The translations under genes were made by a program, and so were the position numbers. Positions 54,945-64,000 of a stretch of 64,000 bases of DNA are shown in pieces. The notes below the pieces were generated by a model, which worked only from the letters and a program-made list of their open reading frames with translations, did no database searches and had not been told where the DNA came from. Position 1 is the stretch's first letter. Every line of letters begins with the position of its first letter. Source of the DNA: Campylobacterales bacterium (GTDB lineage Bacteria > Campylobacterota > Campylobacteria > Campylobacterales > QNZT01); contig JAMOMC010000172.1 in the NCBI GenBank assembly GCA_027068765.1, positions 5,123 to 69,122 on the forward strand, in the 5' to 3' direction.

Positions 54945-55024
54945 TTTAAAGGCAACTCCAATAATCAATTAATTATTTAATTATGCTAATATATAATATT
55001 AATTTAATTATTTAAGGGTATAAG

Positions 55025-56368
55025 TTGAAAAATAGAAAAACTATAATCACTTACGGAACATATGATATGCTTCATATTGGTCATCTAAATATACTAAAAC
55101 GAGCAAAAGCTTTAGGAGATTACTTGATAGTTGGAGTTACGGATGAAAATTATGACCGTTCTCGTGGAAAGTTAAATGTTTCGCAAAGTACAAAAAAGAG
55201 AGTAAATGCTATAAAAGAGTTGGATTTTGTTGATGAAGTTATCGTTGAGACTCATAAAAAGCAAAAAGCTATTGATATGATAAAGTACAATGTAGATATA
55301 TTTGCAATTGGGGATGATTGGGTTGGAGCATTTGACTATCTTAATAAATATACACATGTTGAGTATCTTCCTCGCACTGAGGGCATCTCTAGCACAAAGC
55401 TTAGAAATGAGACTTTTAAGCCTATAAAATTAGGAATTTCAGGACTTGGAAAAGAGACAGGATCTTTTATAAATGAAGCAGAGTTTGTCTCAAATATATC
55501 AATTACTAGAATTTATGATGAAGATTTATCTTCAATAAAAGAGTTTACAAAAACTTCAAATATAAAATATGGTCACGATAACTATGATGAGTTTTTAGAT
55601 ACCTCAATCACTGCTGTTTATATAAACTCATCTGTAAAAGAGCACTATACTCAGATAAAAATGGCTCTAGAAGCTGATAAACATGTACTTTGTGAAAATC
55701 CTTTGGCACTTGAAAAAGATGAGTTAAAAGAACTTTTAGCTTTAGCTAAAATAAAGAAAAAAATTCTTCTTTCAGCTTTAAGAACAGCATTTTTACCTGC
55801 ATTTAATCAACTTTTAAAAAAGATAAACAAAGGTGTAATTGGTGATATAAAAGTAGTTCGTGCAAATCGTTCTACACTTTATAAACAAAGAGATTATCCT
55901 GATGAGTTTATGAAACAAGGTGCTACAAATCTACTTTCTAGTTATCCATCTTTGTTGACTCATAAAGTTTTAGGAAAGAGTAAAGATATAAAATTTTTTG
56001 ATCAATTAGAAGAGGATTATGATATAAGTAACACTATAATTACAACTCATAAAAATGGCACTATTGGTATATCTACAATTGCAACAGGAGTAAAATTGGA
56101 AGAGAGTGCTATGATTGCAGGAACAAAAGGTTATATCTATATTCCTTCTCCATGGTGGCTTATGAAAAGTTTCTCACTTGGTTTTGAAGATGAGAGTAAA
56201 AGTGAGAAGTATGAGTATGAGTTTGAGGGATGTGGGCTTCGTTATATGATTGCAGAGTTTAGCTCTTTGATACAAAGAGGAAAGATAAAATCTAAAAAAT
56301 TAAGTGGAGCTGATATGATGAAGATAAATAGAGTAGTATTAAAATATAATGAAAAAGGAGAGAAGTAG
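55025..56368 (+). CDS. Fusion: TagD-like cytidylyltransferase + Gfo/Idh/MocA oxidoreductase
   Basis: N-terminal 'TYGTYDMLHIGHLNIL' (HxGH) and 'RTEGISSTKLR'. The C-terminal half has 'IKLGISGLGK' and 'HVLCENPLAL' (EKP-like motif). TTG start. Confidence 0.75.
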   Translation: MKNRKTIITYGTYDMLHIGHLNILKRAKALGDYLIVGVTDENYDRSRGKLNVSQSTKKRVNAIKELDFVDEVIVETHKKQKAIDMIKYNVDIFAIGDDWVGAFDYLNKYTHVEYLPRTEGISSTKLRNETFKPIKLGISGLGKETGSFINEAEFVSNISITRIYDEDLSSIKEFTKTSNIKYGHDNYDEFLDTSITAVYINSSVKEHYTQIKMALEADKHVLCENPLALEKDELKELLALAKIKKKILLSALRTAFLPAFNQLLKKINKGVIGDIKVVRANRSTLYKQRDYPDEFMKQGATNLLSSYPSLLTHKVLGKSKDIKFFDQLEEDYDISNTIITTHKNGTIGISTIATGVKLEESAMIAGTKGYIYIPSPWWLMKSFSLGFEDESKSEKYEYEFEGCGLRYMIAEFSSLIQRGKIKSKKLSGADMMKINRVVLKYNEKGEK

Positions 56369-57442
56369 ATGATATATGAGGATTATTATATATTTACTCC
56401 AGGACCTGTTAAGATGTCTAAAGAGATTTTAGAGATAGGGGCGAAGCAGACTCCGTATTTTAGAAATAGTGAGTTTTCTGATGTTACTTTTTATTGTGAA
56501 AATTATCTTTTAGAGATGCTGAATGCTCCAAAAAATAGTAGAGTTATATTTTTGACCGCATCTGGGACTGCTGGTATGGAGTCTGTGGTTATGAATTTAC
56601 TAGATGTAGATGATAATGCACTTGTTGTTAATGGCGGAGGTTTTGGTGCTAGATTTGTGGATATTTGTAATTTACACGATATTAATCATTTTAATTTAAA
56701 AGTTAAAGATACAAATCTTAGTGATATTCAAAAGATTGCTCCACAAGAAAAATTTAATTCACTTATAGTTAATGCTCATGAGACGAGTGTTGGACATATT
56801 TATGATTTAGAGGCTATTGGTAAATATTGTAAAAAAAATAATCTTTTATATATTGTAGATGCAATTAGTATGTTTGTAACAGACTCTTTAGATATGCAAA
56901 AAGATAGTATAGATGCAGTAATTGTTAGTAGTCAAAAAGCGTTGGCTCTTCCTCCTGGGCTTACTATGGTTGTGTTATCTCCTAAAGCATTAGAAAAAGT
57001 AAAAGATGTAAAAAGTTTATATTTTAATTTTAAAGATTATCTTAGAGATGGACAAAGAGGTCAAACACCTTATACTCCAGCAGTTACCATAATGCTTCAG
57101 CTTGAAGCTAGGTTAAAACAGATTCAAAAAGATGGAGGAGTTGAAAAAAGTATCAAAAAAGCTAAAAATTTAGCTGAATATTTTCGTCAAAAAATAAAGC
57201 CTTTACCACTTGTAGCCTTTTCCAAGTTTATGCCAAATGCGATGACGACCCTTGCACCAACAGATGGTAAAAGTGCTTTTAAAATAGTAGAAGATTTGGA
57301 GAAAAATTATAAGGTTATGGTCTGTCCAAATGGAGGAGAGTTAAAAGATAAAATTTTTAGAATCTCACATATGGGTGATATGGATGAGGCTTATATAGAT
57401 ATTTTAATAAATGCACTTTTTGACTATTATGAAAACAATTGA
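56369..57442 (+). CDS. Class V (AGXT/PhnW-like) PLP aminotransferase
   Basis: 'IFTPGPVKMS', 'DAISMF' and the PLP-lysine context 'VSSQKALALPPGL'. The start abuts the previous stop. Confidence 0.8.
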   Translation: MIYEDYYIFTPGPVKMSKEILEIGAKQTPYFRNSEFSDVTFYCENYLLEMLNAPKNSRVIFLTASGTAGMESVVMNLLDVDDNALVVNGGGFGARFVDICNLHDINHFNLKVKDTNLSDIQKIAPQEKFNSLIVNAHETSVGHIYDLEAIGKYCKKNNLLYIVDAISMFVTDSLDMQKDSIDAVIVSSQKALALPPGLTMVVLSPKALEKVKDVKSLYFNFKDYLRDGQRGQTPYTPAVTIMLQLEARLKQIQKDGGVEKSIKKAKNLAEYFRQKIKPLPLVAFSKFMPNAMTTLAPTDGKSAFKIVEDLEKNYKVMVCPNGGELKDKIFRISHMGDMDEAYIDILINALFDYYENN

Positions 57443-58187
57443 TGATAAAACTATAAAAAAAGCTCAACTTATCATGCTTGATATGCTGATAGAATTTGAC
57501 AAAATTTGTCAAAAGCATGAGCTTAAATACTGGTTAGATAGTGGTACACTTTTAGGGGCCATCAGACATAATGGTTTTATACCTTGGGATGATGATGTAG
57601 ATATATCTATGCCTGTGAGTGATTATAAAAAGTTTTGTGAAGTTGCAAGTGGTGAGTTAAAAAAAAGTATGTTTTTACAACACACAAAAACAGATAGTAC
57701 ATTTCCTTTTGACTATATGAAGATAAGAGATACTAGAGCTACGATTGTAGAGTTTCATGAAGAGGGTAGGGATATAAAGTACAATCAAGGTCTTTTTTTA
57801 GATATTTTCCCAATGTTAGTTATAAAAGATAGTAAGTTTCATAATTTTATTTATAGATACTCTTTTATGGTTATCAGATTTTTTTCTGCAAAAAAGTTTG
57901 AAAATAGACACATAAGAGGAGTGTTTGTAAATTTACTTCATAAGATGCATCTTGGTTTTTTAAAAAAAGATACAAAGATTATCTATGGCGGTGAGATGCC
58001 AGATGTAGCTGGAAGTTTCTCTTATGATGAGATTTTTCCACTGAAAAGAATAGAGTTTGAAGGTTTAGAGTTTTTAGCTCCAAATAGATGTGAAGATTAT
58101 CTTTTAGAGCTTTATGGTGAGGATTATATGCAATTACCCCCTTTAGAAAAAAGGAGTGTGCATGCAGTAGAGATCAAGATAACCTAA
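57429..58187 (+). CDS. LicD-family phosphotransferase
   Basis: 'YWLDSGTLLGAIRHNGFIPWDDDVDISM' is the LicD signature. An alternative ATG at 57411 is possible. Confidence 0.8.
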   Translation: MKTIDDKTIKKAQLIMLDMLIEFDKICQKHELKYWLDSGTLLGAIRHNGFIPWDDDVDISMPVSDYKKFCEVASGELKKSMFLQHTKTDSTFPFDYMKIRDTRATIVEFHEEGRDIKYNQGLFLDIFPMLVIKDSKFHNFIYRYSFMVIRFFSAKKFENRHIRGVFVNLLHKMHLGFLKKDTKIIYGGEMPDVAGSFSYDEIFPLKRIEFEGLEFLAPNRCEDYLLELYGEDYMQLPPLEKRSVHAVEIKIT

Positions 58188-58771
58188 TAGTTTTGGTTAT
58201 CGCCTCGTTTTACTTTTTTGCTAAATTCTGTCTGTCCACCAGCTGAGAGAAGTTTTGCTTGACCTATCCAATCTTCTTTTTTTACTCTCCCTTTAAATGC
58301 AAGGTAGTTTTCAATCCAATCAATATTGTCATTTGACCAACCAGCAATTTGTTGAAAATTAAAGATACCAAGTCCTTGTAGTGTATCTTCTATCTTTAAA
58401 CCAATTCCACTAATCTCTTTTAAATCATCAGCTTCTCCATTTATTGGTGCTTGAAGTGAGCTTGGTCTAACTCCTATCTCTTGACCAATTGCACTGTGTC
58501 CAGTATCATTATCTGTAAAAACTGAACTGCCAACGGCAGCAACTGAACTTGTAGATATGTCTTTAGTGATACCTCCTAAGTTGTTTTCATCTAGCGATAT
58601 ATCCTCTTTCATAAAATCTTGTGAGTAGTCATTTAATTTATCTTTTTTGTCATACTCATCACCATCGCATTTACCAATCTTACCCAGTAAATAACCGATA
58701 ATTCCACCTATCAAAGCCGCAACTAACAGACATAAAATAATCTGCATCGCTAATTCCATTATGTTCTCCAT
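58184..58771 (-). CDS. Membrane-anchored protein with C-terminal helix-hairpin-helix (COG3743-like) domain
   Basis: N-terminal TM 'IILCLLVAALIGGIIGYLLG'. C-terminal 'DDLKEISGIGLKIEDTLQGLGIFNFQQIAGW...YLAFKGRVKKEDWIGQAKLL'. Confidence 0.55.
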   Translation of the reverse strand: MENIMELAMQIILCLLVAALIGGIIGYLLGKIGKCDGDEYDKKDKLNDYSQDFMKEDISLDENNLGGITKDISTSSVAAVGSSVFTDNDTGHSAIGQEIGVRPSSLQAPINGEADDLKEISGIGLKIEDTLQGLGIFNFQQIAGWSNDNIDWIENYLAFKGRVKKEDWIGQAKLLSAGGQTEFSKKVKRGDNQNY

Positions 58772-58775
58772 CTTT

Positions 58776-59792
58776 TTAATCTCCTATAATTTTAAATTCT
58801 ACTCTTCTGTTTATCTGTTTATTTTCTAAAGAGTTGTTTTTTACTAGTGGTTGACTTTCTCCATAACCTATAGCTTTTAGTCTATAACCTTTTATCCCTT
58901 TTGAAATAAGGTATTTTCTTATGGCGTCAGCTCTTTTTTGACTCAGTTTTTTATTGTTTTGTTCAGTTCCATCTGAATCAGTATGACCGCCAATTTCAAC
59001 TTTGACCTCTTTATGTTCATTTAATATATCATAAACTTTGTCGATGCTATTTTTGCCTTTAGGGGTTAGAGCATCTTTTGCATATACAAATTCAACTTTT
59101 GATAATTTAAATAGATTATCAAGCTTCTCTTGTATCTCTTTTTTGCTTACTTTTTTGATAATAGGCTCTTTTTGAACAATCTCTTTTGGCTCAGAAGGTT
59201 TTGGAGGAATTTTTTCAATATTTTTTATCTCCTGTTTAACTTCAGATTTTTTTACTTTAATTTTTTCTACAATTAGTTGATTATCAATCTTTATGTTTCC
59301 CGCACCTAGTAGTTTGTTATGAATGTCTTGTTTGACTTGTTGATCATCAACCCTACCACTCATTGTCATTTCTCCTGCTTTGTACTCTAAAAAACCATTT
59401 TTAAATTTTGAAAATTCACTATTTAGAGTTGGTAAAAGTTTTAAAATTTTTATATTTTGAGCATTCTTATCTATGATAATCATACCCTCTTTTACATCTT
59501 CAGAGATTTTTTTGTATTCAGACTTAAGTGTTTCTAAATCCTCTTTTGAGTTAAAAATTCCAGAAATTTTGATACTATCTTTATCTTTTAAGACTTTGAT
59601 ATTTATATCTTTTCCCTTTTGTGATTGCTTCAGCACCGTTTTAGCACCTTCGCTTTGAGTAGTTGTTGGTGTTATTGCAGGTTTAGTAACTGCTTTTGTA
59701 TCATTTAACTCTTGTAGTTTATTCCAAACACAAAAGATGATAAAAAATAGCAAAAGCCAAACCAAAAGCCATAACCATTGACGTCGCGACAT
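58776..59792 (-). CDS. OmpA/MotB-family peptidoglycan-binding protein with N-terminal TM anchor
   Basis: TM 'WLWLLVWLLLFFIIF'. C-terminal 'GHTDSDGTEQNNKKLSQKRADAIRKYL...NRRVEF'. Confidence 0.8.
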   Translation of the reverse strand: MSRRQWLWLLVWLLLFFIIFCVWNKLQELNDTKAVTKPAITPTTTQSEGAKTVLKQSQKGKDINIKVLKDKDSIKISGIFNSKEDLETLKSEYKKISEDVKEGMIIIDKNAQNIKILKLLPTLNSEFSKFKNGFLEYKAGEMTMSGRVDDQQVKQDIHNKLLGAGNIKIDNQLIVEKIKVKKSEVKQEIKNIEKIPPKPSEPKEIVQKEPIIKKVSKKEIQEKLDNLFKLSKVEFVYAKDALTPKGKNSIDKVYDILNEHKEVKVEIGGHTDSDGTEQNNKKLSQKRADAIRKYLISKGIKGYRLKAIGYGESQPLVKNNSLENKQINRRVEFKIIGD

Positions 59793-59844
59793 TTAAATTC
59801 CTTTTTTTCTTTTATTGTAGCAGTTAAAATCTAAAAAACAAAAA

Positions 59845-62145
59845 TTATTTTACTTTTTTTAGGAAAAAAGTGAAAAAATCTGATTGAAACTCACTGTTTC
59901 CTATCTTTTTGTACTGTATAGATGCACCTTCAAAGTTTCTCTCTTGTTGATATAAAAGTCCAAGAGCATATCTACTCTCAAAATTAGATGGATCAGTTAG
60001 TTTTGAAAGCTCCAAAAGTGCAACAGCATTTGCATAATGTTTCGCACCAATGGCAGAAACTGATGCTAAAAACAGAGTATGAGTATCTTCTTGCCCATAA
60101 TTATCAATTAGTTCATTATATATTTGATATGATTTTTCAAAATCTTTATTATATATATTTGCAAATGCTAAAGATTGTAGGTATGGTACACTTTTTACAT
60201 CTTTATATTTTTCTAGCTCCCTTTTTGCTTTATGAGAAATTCCTGCGATACTTAGCATCCTTATATATAATTCACGAGGCAATGCACCCCCATAAAGAAG
60301 TGGATTTAAATCTAAATCATCTTGATTTAAAACTCTTTGAATTGCTCTAGCATAAGCTTTTATATCATTTTTATTGTGTGAGGAGTCAAGATATAGTATA
60401 TTTGAGACGATATCGTTTTTCAATCTACTCTTTAGCCAGTAGGCACTTTTGGAGTAGATGCTTATATCGTTTTGAATGTTAGAGATAATTAGATTTATAG
60501 CATGTGCAAAGATTTGTGAGTTGGTTTCTATATACTCTAGATTTAATACAGATGTATTTAGGGCTAAGTTTATGAGAGCTAAGGCCTCTTTATTATCACT
60601 TTTCTCTTTTAATTTTTCAAGCTCTTTTGCTGGTATCTCTCTAGCCGTCAATTTTGCACAAAAAGCTTTAAATGTTAATGCTTTGTAGTTGTTTAAATCA
60701 AGAGAATAACTTTTTGAGAAGTATTTATAAGCATTTTGAAAATCAAAGATTTGAGCATATGATAGAGCTAAATTATAGTATAAAGCTGAGTGAGAGGGAT
60801 ATAGTTTTGTTGTATTTTTTAGTATCTTATTTGCTTCATATATTTTGTTTTCATTTATTTTTTTTAATGCTTTTGTAATTTCAATATTTATATTTGAGAT
60901 GGTTTTTGAATCTTTTAGATATAAAAGAGCTGGTGTAATATCTCTTATTTCCACTTTTTTTGCACCTTTTTGAATATAGTTTATAGTCTCACTCGCATCA
61001 AAGAGTTGGTAAGGAGCATAATAAAAAAGTAGAGAGTATCTATATTTATTATCTAAAAAAAGTCTTCTTTTAAATTCATTTTGAGCTAAAATTGGATCAA
61101 AAAGAGAGTTTTTAAGCTCTACTTTTATAGGGTATGTCTCTTCAGCTTTTTGTTTAAAGGAATCGTAACTAGCTTTTAAAAGCTCTCCTGAATCTTCTAA
61201 AAGCCCTAATTTGTTTTTTACTAATGCAAGAGCTACATTAGATTTTAAAGGCTCTATCTTACTTGATACTGCATTTTGCAAAGAGTCTTGTGCAAGTTTA
61301 TACTCTGAAGCTCTTGCTTGTAAAAGTCCAATAGCCAAATAATCTTTTGCATAATTTATTTTTTTTAGATGATTTATAGCTTGTGTATCATTTTTGCTTG
61401 TTGCTAAAATTTTACTAGCTATAAAATTTTGTTCATCTTTATAAAAACCTGATGTAGGATTTAAGATAGCTATTAAACTCTCAGTTGGTTCAAGTTTATA
61501 ATAGTTTATAAGAGCTATATAGTATGAATAAAGAGGGGAGCTTTGCACAAAAGGTAGATACTTTTGACTAAGAGCTAAATAGTGAAAAAATGCATCTTTA
61601 TCTTCTAAATATAAAGAGCAAATTGCTGAGTTTAAAGCACTTGGAGTTTTTAGTTTATCGCTCATCATTGAAGAGTCAAAAGATTCTATTGCCTCTTTAT
61701 ATTTTTTTAGTTTTAATTTGGCTACACCGATATTGTAAAAAGAGATGGCTTTATTGTAGTGAGAGAGGTGATTATAGATTGCTAAAGCCTCTTTTATCTC
61801 TCCTTGTTTATATAGTCTGTCTGCTTTTTGGATTAATTTTTGGGCTTTGCTTAACTCATTTTTAGATAACTCTTTTTCTTTTATAGTTTTTATAATTTTA
61901 GTCTCATTTACTTCATGGTTTTGTTTTAACGAAGTTTTTTTCTTAATATAAAAAATTGTAAAAACTACTCCCATTATGAGTATTAGAATTAAAAATGCAA
62001 TTATGAGGTATTTTATAAGTGTATCAGTTGTTATACTCTTTTTTTTTGTCTCATCCTCTTCTATCTCAACTTTTGAACTCTTTTTTTGTTTCGATGTTTC
62101 CTCTAAATCATCATCATCGATGGTTTTAAACTCTTCATCAGCCAT
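59845..62145 (-). CDS. TM-anchored TPR-repeat protein (positional analog of Campylobacter PflB, tentative)
   Basis: Acidic N-terminus, one TM helix ('LIIAFLILILIMGVVFTIFYI'), then many TPR-like A/Y/L-patterned repeats. It sits immediately downstream of serS, as I recall for C. jejuni Cj0390. Confidence 0.6.
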   Translation of the reverse strand: MADEEFKTIDDDDLEETSKQKKSSKVEIEEDETKKKSITTDTLIKYLIIAFLILILIMGVVFTIFYIKKKTSLKQNHEVNETKIIKTIKEKELSKNELSKAQKLIQKADRLYKQGEIKEALAIYNHLSHYNKAISFYNIGVAKLKLKKYKEAIESFDSSMMSDKLKTPSALNSAICSLYLEDKDAFFHYLALSQKYLPFVQSSPLYSYYIALINYYKLEPTESLIAILNPTSGFYKDEQNFIASKILATSKNDTQAINHLKKINYAKDYLAIGLLQARASEYKLAQDSLQNAVSSKIEPLKSNVALALVKNKLGLLEDSGELLKASYDSFKQKAEETYPIKVELKNSLFDPILAQNEFKRRLFLDNKYRYSLLFYYAPYQLFDASETINYIQKGAKKVEIRDITPALLYLKDSKTISNINIEITKALKKINENKIYEANKILKNTTKLYPSHSALYYNLALSYAQIFDFQNAYKYFSKSYSLDLNNYKALTFKAFCAKLTAREIPAKELEKLKEKSDNKEALALINLALNTSVLNLEYIETNSQIFAHAINLIISNIQNDISIYSKSAYWLKSRLKNDIVSNILYLDSSHNKNDIKAYARAIQRVLNQDDLDLNPLLYGGALPRELYIRMLSIAGISHKAKRELEKYKDVKSVPYLQSLAFANIYNKDFEKSYQIYNELIDNYGQEDTHTLFLASVSAIGAKHYANAVALLELSKLTDPSNFESRYALGLLYQQERNFEGASIQYKKIGNSEFQSDFFTFFLKKVK

Positions 62146-62149
62146 ATTT

Positions 62150-63397
62150 TTATCTTATATAAGCTTCAAGGGCTTTTGGTATCAAAACTCTGCCATCACT
62201 TTGTTGATAATTTTCCATTATAGCAATTATAGTTCTCCCAATAGCAAGTGAAGAGCCATTTAGTGTATGGACTAATCTATTTTTTTTACCATCTTTATAT
62301 CTTATTTTTGCACGACGAGCTTGAAAATCTTTTGTATTTGATATAGAGCTTATTTCTCTATATCTATTTTGACCAGGTAGCCACACTTCAATATCTACAG
62401 TTTTAGCCGCTCCAAACCCTAAATCTCCCCCACATAAAAGCACAAGTCTATGATGAAGATTTAAAGAGCTTAAGAGATCACTTGCAGTTTTAACCATCAA
62501 ATTAAAGATTTCTTCGCTATCTGCTGGTTTAGAGATGCAAACAAGCTCAACTTTTCCAAATTGATGTTGTCTTATCATCCCTCTTGTATCTTTTCCTGCA
62601 CTTCCTGCCTCTTTTCTAAAACAGGCTGTATGAGATGTTAACTTTATAGGAAGGTTTTCCTCTTTTAATATCTCATCTCTGTAAAGGTTTGTAACAGGTA
62701 CTTCCGCAGTTGGTATAAGATATAAACTCTCACCTTCAATCTTAAAGAGGTCATCTTCAAATTTTGGAAGTTGCCCAGTTGCTGTTAGTGACTCTTTGTT
62801 TGTTATAAAAGGTACTGACACTTCACAAAAACCTCTTTGAGTATTAAAATCTAACATATAATTTACTAAAGCTCTCTCTAATTTAGCACCATCACCTTTA
62901 AGTACACTAAAACGACTTTTTGAGAGTTTAACACCTCTCTCAAAATCTATCCATTGCTGTTTTTTATCTAGATCCCAATGCTCCTTTGGCTCAAAATCAA
63001 ATACGGGCTTATTGAGGATTTTTTTAATCTCTATATTATCATCTTCACTCTCTCCACTTGGTACACTCTCATCTGGTATATTTGGAATAACAAGGGCAAT
63101 TTCAAAAAGTCTCTCTTCAAGCTCTCTTGTTTTTAGAAGAGTTTTTGTAATTTTATCTTTGTTGTTATCTAATTCTTTTTTTAATTCATCTGTATCTTTG
63201 CCCTCTTTTTTATAGATAGGAAAGAGTTTACTTTTTGAGTTTTGTTCAGCTTGAAGTGTCTCTAAAACGGCTTTTTCTTCTTTTAGTTTTAGTGATAACT
63301 CTTTTAGTGAATTAAGAAGTGTTTTGTCTATATTTTTCTTTTTTAATTTATCACTTATCTCTTCAAAGTTATTTGCTAACTCTTTTAAATCTAACAT
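62150..63397 (-). CDS. serS: Seryl-tRNA synthetase
   Basis: N-terminal coiled-coil arm. Class II motifs '[25 protein letters not shown]' and '[18 protein letters not shown]'. Confidence 0.95.
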   Translation of the reverse strand: MLDLKELANNFEEISDKLKKKNIDKTLLNSLKELSLKLKEEKAVLETLQAEQNSKSKLFPIYKKEGKDTDELKKELDNNKDKITKTLLKTRELEERLFEIALVIPNIPDESVPSGESEDDNIEIKKILNKPVFDFEPKEHWDLDKKQQWIDFERGVKLSKSRFSVLKGDGAKLERALVNYMLDFNTQRGFCEVSVPFITNKESLTATGQLPKFEDDLFKIEGESLYLIPTAEVPVTNLYRDEILKEENLPIKLTSHTACFRKEAGSAGKDTRGMIRQHQFGKVELVCISKPADSEEIFNLMVKTASDLLSSLNLHHRLVLLCGGDLGFGAAKTVDIEVWLPGQNRYREISSISNTKDFQARRAKIRYKDGKKNRLVHTLNGSSLAIGRTIIAIMENYQQSDGRVLIPKALEAYIR

Positions 63398-63405
63398 CTC
63401 ATTCC

Positions 63406-64000
63406 TTATCTATAAATTCCAACAGTATCTCTAATTTTTATCATTTTCTCTTTGGCTATAATTCTAGCTTTTTTAGCACCACTATCTAAAATATCTAAAA
63501 CTTCGTCTCTATTTTCAAGATAGTAAGCTCTTTTTTCTCTTGGCTTTTCAAAATAGTCCCAAATTTTTTCTTTTAAACTCATTTTAAAATGACCATGACC
63601 CTCTCCACCTTTAAGATATCTTAGCTTTAACTCTTCTAATTCATCTTTATTCATAAAGAGTTTACACAGTGCAAATACATTACAATCTTTATACTCTTTT
63701 GGCTCTTCTATGCTAACACTATCAGTTACAATCTTTCCAACTTGTTTTTTAAGTGCTTTTTCACTCATAAATATATCGATAGTATTTTTATAACTTTTAC
63801 TCATTTTAGAGCCATCAATCCCAGGAATAGATGCAAGATTTTCAGGTACTTTAAACTGGGGAAGTGTGAAAATGTCTCCGTGAAGATTATTAAACTTTAT
63901 GGCGATATCTCTTGTTATCTCTACATGTTGGATTTGATCTTTTCCAACAGGAACACTATTTATATCATAAAGTAAAATATCTGCTGCCATTAAAACAGGA
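63406..64000 (-). CDS. trpS: Tryptophanyl-tRNA synthetase, C-terminal part (5' end beyond window)
   Basis: 'GSKMSKSY' KMSKS loop and '[10 protein letters not shown]'. The frame is open to the window edge. Confidence 0.9.
   Translation of the reverse strand, partial: PVLMAADILLYDINSVPVGKDQIQHVEITRDIAIKFNNLHGDIFTLPQFKVPENLASIPGIDGSKMSKSYKNTIDIFMSEKALKKQVGKIVTDSVSIEEPKEYKDCNVFALCKLFMNKDELEELKLRYLKGGEGHGHFKMSLKEKIWDYFEKPREKRAYYLENRDEVLDILDSGAKKARIIAKEKMIKIRDTVGIYR

Noticed and set aside
54969-55015. Exact 12-nt direct repeat 'TTAATTATTTAA' occurring twice, 35 nt apart (54969-54980 and 55004-55015), upstream of the cytidylyltransferase fusion gene.
   Set aside because: This is pure A/T low-complexity sequence in an extremely AT-rich intergenic region. 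Chance recurrence or generic promoter UP-element-like DNA is as likely as a specific operator. Not reported as a feature.

Overview
A densely coding 64 kb chromosomal window from a very AT-rich Campylobacterota genome. My best guess is Arcobacteraceae: it encodes a close relative of the Arcobacter butzleri NavAb sodium channel and keeps the Campylobacter-type trpS-serS-TM/TPR gene order. I support about 60 protein-coding genes and saw no rRNA, tRNA, CRISPR array, transposase or integrase. Housekeeping genes: maf, bioF, PBP1A, ychF, pepA, trpB, apt, rpiB, ubiE, flgH, rmuC, mfd, serS, trpS. Functional blocks: (1) a minus-strand polysaccharide-export operon (3979-10819) with a 944-aa multi-SLBB Wza-like protein, a kinase-less Wzz, two paralogous beta-barrels and an epimerase; (2) a four-gene phosphorelay/c-di-GMP cluster (17827-24852); (3) pstCAB-phoU-phoBR without pstS, followed by a soluble CZB chemoreceptor; (4) a porin / flavinylation-motif FMN-binding protein / two small His-bearing membrane proteins operon (35291-37964); (5) a cytidylyltransferase-oxidoreductase fusion + class-V aminotransferase + LicD cluster (55025-58187). 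The most unusual segment is a ~3.7 kb insert between mfd and a sirC-like gene (50646-54371). It holds a 551-aa protein with an internally duplicated unknown N-terminal domain and a DUF4071/TRAF-binding-TPR-like C-terminus, a tandem internally deleted and frameshifted copy of that gene, and a downstream protein whose C-terminus looks like a RyR domain. I flag it as a candidate undescribed sensor/effector (conflict or signalling) module. A perfect 49-nt palindrome (25720-25768) in a divergent promoter region is the most striking non-coding structure. All domain calls come from motif recognition by eye; no database searches were run.
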